Part shown: positions 11,349-23,500 of the stretch, piece after piece | Layout: every line of letters starts with the position of its first letter | Numbering within the stretch: the stretch's first letter is position 1 | From: Paraspadella gotoi | Taxonomy: Eukaryota > Animalia > Chaetognatha | DNA: 64,000 nt | Direction of reading: 5' to 3' | Assembly: GCA_051294375.1 (NCBI GenBank) | Contig: JBJCIZ010000824.1 | Coordinates: forward strand, 1 to 64,000 | Notes under the pieces: model-generated | What the model was told of the DNA's origin: nothing | Seen by the model: the letters and a program-made list of their open reading frames with translations, nothing else | Database searches by the model: none | Position numbers and translations under genes: made by a program

Positions 11349-12514
11349 ATGGTAAGTAAAAATATCACAAAATTCACATCTCCTTCGAAAGTGCGCAATT
11401 ATATACATAAAGACTCTTTCTTATTTCAAATAGTAAATCCAAATCTAAACTCAAATCAAAATTCAAAATGATTTCCGTATTTCTCACAATGATTTTTATC
11501 GGCCTTTCGAAGGCGAGCGACAACGCGTTGAGCCAAGCGGATGGGCTCGCACTGCTGTGCCAGCAGCCTCAATTTTCTGAGGCTACTGAGTGCCGTAGTG
11601 CAGTCACTCCGACTGGTCACGCAAACCTCCTAACGGCGGCGTCCGAGACAACGTCGGCTCTGAGCCCGCTTCGAGTTCGACGGCGCCCTCGGTCGCACGT
11701 GCGTACGCAATGACGGCCCTGGAGAAGGTGTTAGTGTCTATCGGCGGCTGCATAGGAACCTATTTCATAATCGTTTTCGTTTTGCGTTTCGCGGCAAAGA
11801 TGAGTTGGATCGATGCCCTCACCCTGGCGGCCAGTAGGGGAAGGGGGCCAGGTGCCAGGTGTGTGTGGCATGTGTATCACAACCCAGAGGTGCCCGAGAC
11901 CTTAGAAATGCAGTCGAGAAGCGTAAGAGATTCAGAAGTTTAAGTGACAGAAAACTTCGACAGAGCCAGAGCGAATATTTTAAATATTTTGTTTAATTAA
12001 GAATTCTATTTCCATAAAATTAAAAATAAAAATTTATTTTCAGTCTGCCGCCTCCATTTTACAACTTACTCGCCAAACTCGGATGGACTTACGGACGAAG
12101 CTGCTCCATCCCCGTGAACAAGCAAGGTACCTTCGGACTCTGCACTCCTGATCAAACCACTCTGTATTTGATCGTCATCGCGTCGTTGACGTTCGTGTGC
12201 GTCGGCACTCATATTGGGAATTGCAATACTGCAATGCCGTCTATGCATTGGTAAGTAAAATAAAATAAAGCAATAAAAGCAACATAAAGCTACATGCAAA
12301 CATAAGGAACATGCAATAATAAAATTTAACATGCAAATCATTTATAAATATCGTGCTGCAATAACAAAAAAATAAATCTATTCAGGAAACAAAAACTCCA
12401 AATACCGTTTGCCCGTTCCGTGCACCCTTTAAACCATCGCTCGAAAGGGAAAACGGCACCGAAACGAAAATCGAAGTCACAAACCATCGAAATCGAAGAA
12501 TGCCCGAGGTCTGA
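11349..12514 (+). CDS. Copy 2 of the spliced antisense TM gene (single-base indels)
   Basis: Same sites: ATG 11349-11351|gtaagt, exon 12044-12250, exon from 12386. An extra C and an extra G in exon 2 break the frame. Confidence 0.55.
11468..11713 (+). CDS. Antisense ORF-A, copy 2
   Basis: Identical 81-aa translation to 4948-5193. Confidence 0.6.
   Translation: MISVFLTMIFIGLSKASDNALSQADGLALLCQQPQFSEATECRSAVTPTGHANLLTAASETTSALSPLRVRRRPRSHVRTQ
11710..11943 (+). CDS. Antisense ORF-B, copy 2 (77 aa, one TM)
   Basis: Open frame MTALEKVLVSIGGCIGTYFIIVFVLRFAAK...RDSEV. Confidence 0.6.
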   Translation: MTALEKVLVSIGGCIGTYFIIVFVLRFAAKMSWIDALTLAASRGRGPGARCVWHVYHNPEVPETLEMQSRSVRDSEV

Positions 12515-12802
12515 GGTAAGTTCATCTATTACTCATGTGCATAAGTAAACAATTCATTTCGTTCGAATCTGCAAACTATTCAATTCGTTCAACAGCATTC
12601 GGTCGGATATTCATCACAATTCGAAAGCAACATGCATGTAAAAACTATTGTATGAAATTCAATCGTATAAATATAAGTAAAAGAATCGGCACAAATTAAT
12701 ATCGTTCAAAAATAAGATAAAAATAAAATCGATTTACTACATTTCGTTTCTTTTGTATTAACTCCATCGAAGGTGAGTTAATGTCGTGAAAAGTCAAATT
12801 CT

Positions 12803-13456
12803 CTATCGATTAGACGGTCTCGGCTGCTGCGGCCACTCCAATCCCTTCCAAGAGACTGTCCGTGTCGTTCCCAAAACCCAAATAGGTTTGTCCTTCAGCT
12901 GCTGCTCATCTTCACAAAATAGTATTCGGTCTAAAACGTCAAAAAGGATCCTCGTCCCTTGAGCATTTAGGTGAGTTCGATCGTTTTCGTACAAGTTGTT
13001 ATCTAATATCATTCTACCATACCTTTTGGTACGGAAACAATTTTGCAAGGCATGGAAATGCAAAGCACTCATCTTGAACATTCTGCTATCAATCTCCGCT
13101 GCAGCATGATTGAACGTCTGTCGACCTGTTTTAAAGTCACGACTAATTAGAGTCATCGTCACTACTCTCATTGCCGGGAACCGACTGCACGCCTCCCTCA
13201 CAAATGCAGACAACTGATCCAGATACACATCGGCATTCAACTTGGGAGCTAACTCGTTTCCACCTCCTATAAACACCATCGTATGATAGTATACATCATT
13301 CCTGGCAATTGCTTCGTGAAAATGCGGGAACCGTCCACCGCTGATCGCCGTAGTCGTCGTCCAAGGAATGACGCCATGAAGACGCGAGACGTGGCTGTCG
13401 CCGAGGACCCAAAATTTGTCGGCAGCGTTCTTATCGACCGTTACTTTCCGCCCCAT
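12803..13456 (-). CDS. SGNH/GDSL hydrolase (217 aa from the ATG), intact, in the env position
   Basis: Block I VLGDSH (S21), block II ISGG, block III GGGN (N67), block V DRTH (D159/H162). Confidence 0.92.
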   Translation of the reverse strand: MGRKVTVDKNAADKFWVLGDSHVSRLHGVIPWTTTTAISGGRFPHFHEAIARNDVYYHTMVFIGGGNELAPKLNADVYLDQLSAFVREACSRFPAMRVVTMTLISRDFKTGRQTFNHAAAEIDSRMFKMSALHFHALQNCFRTKRYGRMILDNNLYENDRTHLNAQGTRILFDVLDRILFCEDEQQLKDKPIWVLGTTRTVSWKGLEWPQQPRPSNR

Positions 13457-15389
13457 CAATTGGTAGTCGCTGTAAAGTAAATAAATAACAATGGTAATTA
13501 GAAATTAACACCTCAATTAATTCCATCTTAATTATTTTGTTTTCACCGATTCGAAATAAGTTATCAATCCTGATTAATTTTAATGATAACATCAATCGCT
13601 TGATTCTTAGTTAAATGAGAACGAATCAATTGGCAAACAGGAAGAAGTATTATAGTGTTATCTATAACATTTTTTACTTTGTACATTCCTGTACCCACTC
13701 TTTCGATTACTTCAAAGGCTGCAATAATTTTCTTTTGCAATTTCTTATTCATATTAGTTGCAAATGCCATTCTCTTTCGAAATACCACATCACCTTTCCT
13801 CAACGCTTCCGTTCGATCGCGAGGGTTGAGATGTTGCTGATAAGTTAACAAATTGTGTATGCAGCAAGTCGGATGTTTTTGTGAGTCTCCAATAACAGGT
13901 TGAACTCTTCTTCTATTGCAGTGCTTCCTTCAAAGGGATCCATCTCTGGAGTCAATGCTTTCATTGCATGTCGTCGAGTTACCTGGAACGGACTCTTTCC
14001 TCCCAGAGAAATCGAAGGACACATGTTTATCGAAAACTCAACCTTCTTTAAAATTTTCGCCCATTTACGTAAGTCAGGTTCGTTCTCTAACCATTTTAAT
14101 ATACGTATTAGACATATTTGGTTTAATCGTTCAGAATAGGCTTGGTGTCGACTAACATATGTACTCTGTTGCACCTTTACACCCAACTTTTTCAAAATTA
14201 TTCGATCTATTTTACGTTGTGTAACACACTTACCGTCAATGGAAACGCAGTCCCATAACCCATGAGATTCAAATATCTTCATAAAAGCCTGGGCTACGTC
14301 TTCGGCAGAAGTCGATTTAATTGCAATTAGAAAAGACTCTCTACTATATGAATCTCTGGCAGAGAAAATAAACCTAAACCCTTGAGAATTTACCAGAGGT
14401 CCCAATATATCGCACAGATAAGATCTGTCTGGGACCCATCGGCATCATCGTAGAAGGTTTCTCTTTATCGTCGGTTTAATATTGTAACTGATACATATAT
14501 GACATATTCTAATATTATTAATAATAATGCGTCTCATACCTGGTGCATAATATTTATTCGCAATTAGTTTAAAAACAGTATTTGCGTTGCAGTGTCCATA
14601 GTCGTCATGTACCTTTTCAGTTATCTCAGTCAAATATTGGTATCAATTAAAATAAGTTTATCTATGTCGCCATTTTCTTAGGGAAAAGTCGAATGATAAC
14701 GCCTTGATCATTAATCCGAAACAAGGATATATGTCGTAATATCGTTAGGTCCAGGGATTCTAATAGTAACGTATCGCTTTTGTTTGGATGCGAGTCTTTG
14801 TCGTCAATCCATTTTCTCCATTTAGATATCTGGATGAATCGCTTTGTAATTTCAGTATTTTATCTTTATCGTCCTCCTTCAAAGTCGGAAGTTGTATATC
14901 ATCAAATCTTTATTTGTTTCTAATACAGGTTTATTAGAGAGCAAATCATTAGTACTTGTCACTTTAATATAATCGGTACTCGTATTTGTCCTTTGTTTCA
15001 AAAATTTATACAATTACAACAACAAGAACAATGTTCGATAGGCATTTCGCTTAGTCCTTTACAATTACATTTGGTACATGGTTCCGATAAAACATCTTTC
15101 ACCTCCGTTTTCCTTACCTTACCTTTTGCTTCATGTCGTTGCCCCGTTGCAGGCTGCTCGATCTGTTTTTCAACTGCGCCGGCCCCTGACGTGCAACGGA
15201 CTCCAATTCCAGCTCCGTTTCCCAAAACCAGTTTAACGGGTAAACATCTGTCTCTTGCGAATTTATTTTGTTTATCTTAGCTAAGGGCCCTCTTTTCCCC
15301 CCTTTGAAAAATAAATTCAATTCATTACGTTTCTCCTCAGAGAAAACATTATCGTTGGGGATCTNNNNNNNNNNNNNNNNNNNNNNNNN

Positions 15390-18300
15390 ATCCCGTGAAC
15401 AAGCAAGGTACCTTCGGACTCTGCACTCCTGATCAAACCACTCTGTATTTGATCGTCATCGCGTCGTTGACGTTCGTGTGCGTCGCACTCATATTGGGAA
15501 TTGCAATACTGCAATGCCGTCTATGCATTGGTAAGTAAAATAAAATAAAGCAATAAAAGCAACATAAAGCTACATGCAAACATAAGGAACATGCAATATA
15601 AAATTTAACATGCAAATCATTTATAATATCGTGCTGCAATAACAAAAAAATAAATCTATTCAGGAAACAAAAACTCCAAATACCGTTTGCCCGTTCCGTG
15701 CACCCTTTAAACCATCGCTCGAAAGGGAAAACGCACCGAAACGAAAATCGAAGTCACAAACCATCGAAATCGAAGAAATGCCCGAGGTCTGAGGTAAGTT
15801 CATCTATTACTCATGTGCATAAGTAAACAATTCATTTCGTTCGAATCTGCAAACTATTCAATTCGTTCAACAGCATTCGGTCGGATATTCATCACAATTC
15901 GAAAGCAACATGCATTAAAAACTATTGTATGAAATTCAATCGTATAAATATAAGTATAAAGAATCGGCACAAATTAATATCGTTCAAAAATAAGATAAAA
16001 ATAAAATCGATTTACTACATTTCGTTTCTTTTGTATTAACTCCACGAAGGTGAGTTAATGTCGTGAAAAGTCAAATTCTCTATCGATTAGACGCGTCTCG
16101 GCTGCTGCGGCCACTCCAATCCCTTCCAAGAGACTGTCCGTGTCGTTCCCAAAACCCAAATAGGTTTGTCCTTCAGCTGCTGCTCATCTTCACAAAATAG
16201 TATTCGGTCTAAAACGTCAAAAAGGATCCTCGTCCCTTGAGCATTTAGGTGAGTTCGATCGTTTTCGTACAAGTTGTTATCTAATATCATTCTACCATAC
16301 CTTTTGGTACGGAAACAATTTTGCAAGGCATGGAAATGCAAAGCACTCATCTTGAACATTCTGCTATCAATCTCCGCTGCAGCATGATTGAACGTCTGTC
16401 GACCTGTTTTAAAGTCACGACTAATTAGAGTCATCGTCACTACTCCTCATTGCAGGGAAACGACTGCACGCCTCCCTCACAAATGCAGACAACTGATCCA
16501 GATACACATCGGCATTCAACTTGGAGCTAACTCGTTTCCACCTCCTATAAACACCATCGTATGATAGTATACATCATTCCTGGCAATTGCTTCGTGAAAA
16601 TGCGGGAACGTCCACCGCTGATCGCCGTAGTCGTCGTCCAAGGAATGACGCCATGAAGACGCGAGACGTGGCTGTCGCCGAGGACCCAAAATTTGTCGGC
16701 AGCGTTCTTATCGACCGTTACTTTCCGCCCCATCAATTGGTATGTCGCTGTAAAGTAAATAAATAACAATGGTAATTAGAAATTAACACCTCAATTAATT
16801 CCATCTTAAATTATTTTGTTTTCACCGATTCGAAATAAGTTATCAATCCTGATTAATTTTAATGATAACATCAATCGCTTGATTCTTAGTTAAATGAGAA
16901 CGAATCAATTGGCAAACAGGAAGAAGTATTATAGTGTTATCTATAACATTTCTTACTTTGTACATTCCTGTACCCACTCTTTCGATTACTTCAAAGGCTG
17001 CAATAATTTTCTTTTGCAATTTCTTATTCATATTAGTTGCAAATGCCATTCTCTTTCGAAATACCACATCACCTTTCCTCAACGCTTCCGTTCGATCGCG
17101 AGTTGAGATGTTGCTGATAAGTTAACAAATTTGTGTATGCAGCAAGTCGGATGTTTTTATGAGTCTCCAATAACAGGTTGAACTCTTCTTCTATTGCAGT
17201 GCTTCCTTCAAAGGGATCCATCTCTGGAGTCAATGCTTTCATTGCATGTCGTCGAGTTACCTGGAACGGACTCTTTCCTCCCAGAGAAATCGAAGGACAC
17301 ATGTTTATCGAAAACTCAACCTTCTTTAAAATTTTCGCCCATTTACGTAAGTCAGGTTCGTTCTCTAACCATTTTAATATACGTATTAACATATTTGGTT
17401 TAATCGTTCAGAATAGGCTTGGTGTCGACTAACATATGTACTCTGTTGCACCTTTACACCCAACTTTTTCAAAATTATTCGATCTATTTTACGTTGTGTA
17501 ACACACTTACCGTCAATGGAAACGCAGTCCCATAACCCAAGATTCAAATATCTTCATAAAAGCCTGGGCTACGTCTTCGGCAGAAGTCGATTTAATTGCA
17601 ATTAGAAAAGACTCTCTACTATATGAATCTCTGGCAGAGAAAATAAACCTAAACCCTTGAGAATTTACCAGAGGTCCCAATATATCGCAAGATAAGATCT
17701 GTCTGGGACCCATCGGCATCATCGTAGAAGGTTTTCTTTTATCGTCGGTTTAATATTGTAACTGATACATATATGACATATTCTAATATTATTAATAATA
17801 ATGCGTCTCATACCTGGTGCATAATATTTATTCGCAATTAGTTTAAAAACAGTATTTGCGTTGCAGTGTCCATAGTCGTCATGTACCTTTTCAGTTATCT
17901 CAGTCAAATATTTGGTATCAATTAAAATAAGTTTATCTATGTCGCCATTTTCTTTAGGGAAAAGTCGAATGATAACGCCTTGATCATTAATCCGAAACAA
18001 GGATATATGTCGTAATATCGTTAGGTCCAGGGATTCTAATAGTAACGTATCGCTTTTGTTTGGATGCGAGTCTTTGTCGTCAATCCATTTTCTCCATTTA
18101 GATATCTGGGATGAATCGCTTTGTAATTTCAGTATTTTATCTTTATCGTCCTCCTTCAAAGTCGGAAGTTGTATATCATCAAAATCTTTATTTGTTTCTA
18201 ATACAGGTTTATTAGAGAGCAAATCATTAGTACTTGTCACTTTAATATAATCGGTACTCGTATTTGTCCTTTGTTTCAAAGATTTATACAATTACAACAA

Positions 18301-19083
18301 CAAGACAATGTTCGATAGGCATTTCGCTTAGTCCTTTACAATTACATTTGGTACATGGTTCCGATAAAACATCTTTCACCTCCGTTTTCCTTACCTTACC
18401 TTTTGCTTCATGTCGTTGCCCCGTTGCAGGCTGCTCGATCTGTTTTTCAACTGCGGCGGCCCCTGACGTGCAACGGACTCCAATTCCAGCTCCGTTTCCC
18501 AAAACCAGTTAACGGGTAAACATCTGTCTCTTGCGAATTTATTTTGTTTATCTTAGCTAAGGGCCCTCTTTTCCCCCCTTTGAAAAATAAATTCAATTCA
18601 TTAGTTTCTCCTCAGAGAAAACATTATCGTTGGGGATCTGTTCCCCAAGTGAGTTTCGTATTATAACATTCTGAAAAACATTCTTAGCTTCAGGCACTTT
18701 TAAGTTATTTTCACTCGATTCTAAATTCCTTGTAATTGATCGCAGCATTAAGAGTCAAGGTATAAAACGCACCGTTATATCATATTCTTGAATATAATTC
18801 AAAGCCCTCGCCACTCTTTCACTCACACTCACTATATCCATACTTAACCAATACGAAACGACTCTAGAGTCAACAAAAACATGGGTTCGGCACCCAAGTA
18901 AATAATGTTTAAAATGCTTAAGAGACTCGGACAATGAAAATAATTCTTTCAGGCAAATAGGAAGCAAAAGATCNNNNNNNNNNAAAGATTTAGAATAATA
19001 TTGAATCAAATATAACCTTTTCTCATCAGGATCGGCACCCTGCAGTACTTCGATATCAGAAGGTCGCTGCAGCTGACACAGCA
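15390..19083 (-). mobile_element. Family A segment 3 (antisense exon 2 to RNase H), between 25-N gaps
   Basis: Same order SGNH-IN-linker-RH; probably redundant gap-fill. Confidence 0.85.
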
Positions 19084-20562
19084 NNNNNNNNNNNNNNNNN
19101 NNNNNNNNATCCCGTGAACAAGCAAGGTACCTTCGGACTCTGCACTCCTGATCAAACCACTCTGTATTTGATCGTCATCGCGTCGTTGACGTTCGTGTGC
19201 GTCGCACTCATATTGGGAATTGCAATACTGCAATGCCGTCTATGCATTGGTAAGTAAAATAAAATAAAGCAATAAAAGCAACATAAAGCTACATGCAAAC
19301 ATAAGGAACATGCAATATAAAATTTAACATGCAAATCATTTATAAATATCGTGCTGCAATAACAATAAAAATAAATCTATTCAGGAAACAAAAACTCCAA
19401 ATACCGTTTGCCCGTTCCGTGCACCCTTTAAACCATCGCTCGAAAGGGAAAACGCACCGAAACGAAAATCGAAGTCACAAACCATCGAAATCGAAGAAAT
19501 GCCCGAGGTCTGAGGTAAGTTCATCTATTACTCATGTGCATAAGTAAACAAATTCATTTCGTTCGAATCTGCAAACTATTCAATTCGTTCAACAGCATTC
19601 GGTCGGATATTCATCACAATTCGAAAGCAACATGCATTAAAAACTATTGTATGAAATTCAATCGTATAAATATAAGATAAAGAATCGGCACAAATTAATA
19701 TCGTTCAAAAATAAGATAAAAATAAAATCGATTTACTACATTTCGTTTCTTTTGTATTAACTCCACGAAGGTGAGTTAATGTCGTGAAAAGTCAAATTCT
19801 CTATCGATTAGACGGTCTCGGCTGCTGCGGCCACTCCAATCCCTTCCAAGAGACTGTCCGTGTCGTTCCCAAAACCCAAATAGGTTTGTCCTTCAGCTGC
19901 TGCTCATCTTCACAAAATAGTATTCGGTCTAAAACGTCAAAAAGGATCCTCGTCCCTTGAGCATTTAGGTGAGTTCGATCGTTTTCGTACAAGTTGTTAT
20001 CTTATATTCATTCTACCATACCTTTTGGTACGGAAACAATTTTGCAAGGCATGGAAATGCAAAGCACTCATCTTGAACATTCTGCTATCAATCTCCGCTG
20101 CAGCATGATTGAACGTCTGTCGACCTGTTTTAAAGTCACGACTAATTAGAGTCATCGTCACTACCCTCATTGCAGGGAAACGACTGCACGCCTCCCTCAC
20201 AAATGCAGACAACTGATCCAGATACACATCGGCATTCAACTTGGAGCTAACTCGTTTCCACCTCCTATAAACACCATCGTATGATAGTATACATCATTCC
20301 TGGCAATTGCTTCGTGAAAATGCGGGAACGTCCACCGCTGATCGCCGTAGTCGTCGTCCAAGGAATGACGCCATGAAGACGCGAGACGTGGCTGTCGCCG
20401 AGGACCCAAAATTTGTCGGCAGCGTTCTTATCGACCGTTACTTTCCGCCCCATCAATTGGTATGTCGCTGTAAAGTAAATAAATAACAATGGTAATTAGA
20501 AATTAACACCTCAATTAATTCCATCTTAAATTATTTTGTTTTCACCGATTCGAAATAAGTTA

Positions 20563-23500
20563 TCAATCCTGATTAATTTTAATGATAACATCAATCGCTT
20601 GATTCTTAGTTAAATGAGAACGAATCAATTGGCAAACAGGAAGAAGTATTATAGTGTTATCTATAACATTTCTTACTTTGTACATTCCTGTACCCACTCT
20701 TTCGATTACTTCAAAGGCTGCAATAATTTTCTTTTGCAATTTCTTATTCATATTAGTTGCAAATGCCATTCTCTTTCGAAATACCACATCACCTTTCCTC
20801 AACGCTTCCGTTCGATCGCGAGGTTGAGATGTTGCTGATAAGTTAACAAATTTGTGTATGCAGCAAGTCGGATGTTTTTATGAGTCTCCAATAACAGGTT
20901 GAACTCTTCTTCTATTGCAGTGCTTCCTTCAAAGGGATCCATCTCTGGAGTCAATGCTTTCATTGCATGTCGTCGAGTTACCTGGAACGGACTCTTTCCT
21001 CCCAGAGAAATCGAAGGACACATGTTTATCGAAAACTCAACCTTCTTTAAAATTTTCGCCCATTTACGTAAGTCAGGTTCGTTCTCTAACCATTTTAATA
21101 TACGTATTAACATATTTGGTTTAATCGTTCAGAATAGGCTTGGTGTCGACTAACATATGTACTCTGTTGCACCTTTACACCCAACTTTTTCAAAATTATT
21201 CGATCTATTTTACGTTGTGTAACACACTTACCGTCAATGGAAACGCAGTCCCATAACCCAAGATTCAAATATCTTCATAAAAGCCTGGGCTACGTCTTCG
21301 GCAGAAGTCGATTTAATTGCAATTAGAAAAGACTCTCTACTATATGAATCTCTGGCAGAGAAAATAAACCTAAACCCTTGAGAATTTACCAGAGGTCCCA
21401 ATATATCGCAAGATAAGATCTGTCTGGGACCCATCGGCATCATCGTAGAAGGTTTTCTTTTATCGTCGGTTTAATATTGTAACTGATACATATATGACAT
21501 ATTCTAATATTATTAATAATAATGCGTCTCATACCTGGTGCATAATATTTATTCGCAATTAGTTTAAAAACAGTATTTGCGTTGCAGTGTCCATAGTCGT
21601 CATGTACCTTTTCAGTTATCTCAGTCAAATATTTGGTATCAATTAAAATAAGTTTATCTATGTCGCCATTTTCTTTAGGGAAAAGTCGAATGATAACGCC
21701 TTGATCATTAATCCGAAACAAGGATATATGTCGTAATATCGTTAGGTCCAGGGATTCTAATAGTAACGTATCGCTTTTGTTTGGATGCGAGTCTTTGTCG
21801 TCAATCCATTTTCTCCATTTAGATATCTGGGATGAATCGCTTTGTAATTTCAGTATTTTATCTTTATCGTCCTCCTTCAAAGTCGGAAGTTGTATATCAT
21901 CAAAATCTTTATTTGTTTCTAATACAGGTTTATTAGAGAGCAAATCATTAGTACTTGTCACTTTAATATAATCGGTACTCGTATTTGTCCTTTGTTTCAA
22001 AGATTTATACAATTACAACAACAAGACAATGTTCGATAGGCATTTCGCTTAGTCCTTTACAATTACATTTGGTACATGGTTCCGATAAAACATCTTTCAC
22101 CTCCGTTTTCCTTACCTTACCTTTTGCTTCATGTCGTTGCCCCGTTGCAGGCTGCTCGATCTGTTTTTTCAACTGCGGCGGCCCCTGACGTGCAACGGAC
22201 TCCAATTCCAGCTCCGTTTCCCAAAACCAGTTAACGGGTAAACATCTGTCTCTTGCGAATTTATTTTGTTTATCTTAGCTAAGGGCCCTCTTTTCCCCCC
22301 TTTGAAAAATAAATTCAATTCATTAGTTTCTCCTCAGAGAAAACATTATCGTTGGGGATCTGTTCCCCAAGTGAGTTTCGTATTATAACATTCTGAAAAA
22401 CATTCTTAGCTTCAGGCTTTTAAGTTATTTTCACTCGATTCTAAATTCCTTGAGTAATTGATCGCAGCATTAAGAGTCGAAGGTATAAAAGCACCGTTAT
22501 ATCATATTCTTGAATATAATTCAAAGCCCTCGCCACTCTCTTCACTCACTATATCCATACTTAACCAATACGAAACGACTCTAGAGTCAACAAAAACATG
22601 GTTCGGCACCCAAGTAAATAATGTTTTAAATGCTTAAGAGACTCGGACAATGAAAATAATTCTTTCAGGCAAATAGGAAGCAAAAGATCGCCGCCCGCAA
22701 AAGATTTAGAATAATATTGAATCAAATATAACCTTTTCTCATCAGGATCGGCACCCTGCAGTACTTCGATATCAGAAGGTCGCTGCAGCTGACACAGCAC
22801 GCTACCCAAAGCAGTGCGGCTTGCATCCGTGAAAGAACGAATTCCTCAATCCTCTTCCTCCACAGCAGATCGTAGAACTCCCGTTCGATCGTCTAACAGA
22901 ATTTTCACACATCGGTGGAATGCTTTCTCCTCTTCCTCGCCCCATTTGAATCGAACGCTACTCTTCGCCATCGCTCTCAGCGGCAGAGCAGCGTCCCTGA
23001 GTAACGCAGTACCTGAAAACCACGCAAGTAGTCCCAAGAAACTCTTCAGTTGCTCTTTCGACGACGGAGGCTTCAACTGTTGCAAAGACGTCGTCTTATG
23101 GGAAGGAAGTCGATGAATACTTTTGAACGAAACACAATAGCCCANNNNNNNNNNNTTCTTAAGTCCAAGCGAAACTTTGGCGGCCTTGAACTTCAGATTG
23201 AAATAACTCATAGTCGCAAAAAACTGATCCATATGCAATAGATGCAAGTCGTGAGTCATGCTGTAGATGATGAAATCATCGACGAAAACGCGGCAAAAAT
23301 CAACCATTTTCGNNNNNNNNNNATCGGAAACCTTCTGCGCATCTTGTGGAGCCGACTTCAAGCCCATGGCGACCACACAGAAACGATAAATCTCGTTGTC
23401 GGCGTAAAAACAGGTGAGGTCGCGACTCGCAGGCGCAAGAGCAATCTGCCAGAAATAATCTGTGGCGTCACAGCAAGAAAACAGCTTCTTGCAACTCGCA

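Larger units (their letters stand above)
10451..15364 (-). mobile_element. Family A copy 2 (3' LTR 10451-10837, accessory region, SGNH, IN)
   Basis: Near-identical to copy 1 but with a different flank (tcaat versus gggat), so a separate insertion. Confidence 0.93.
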
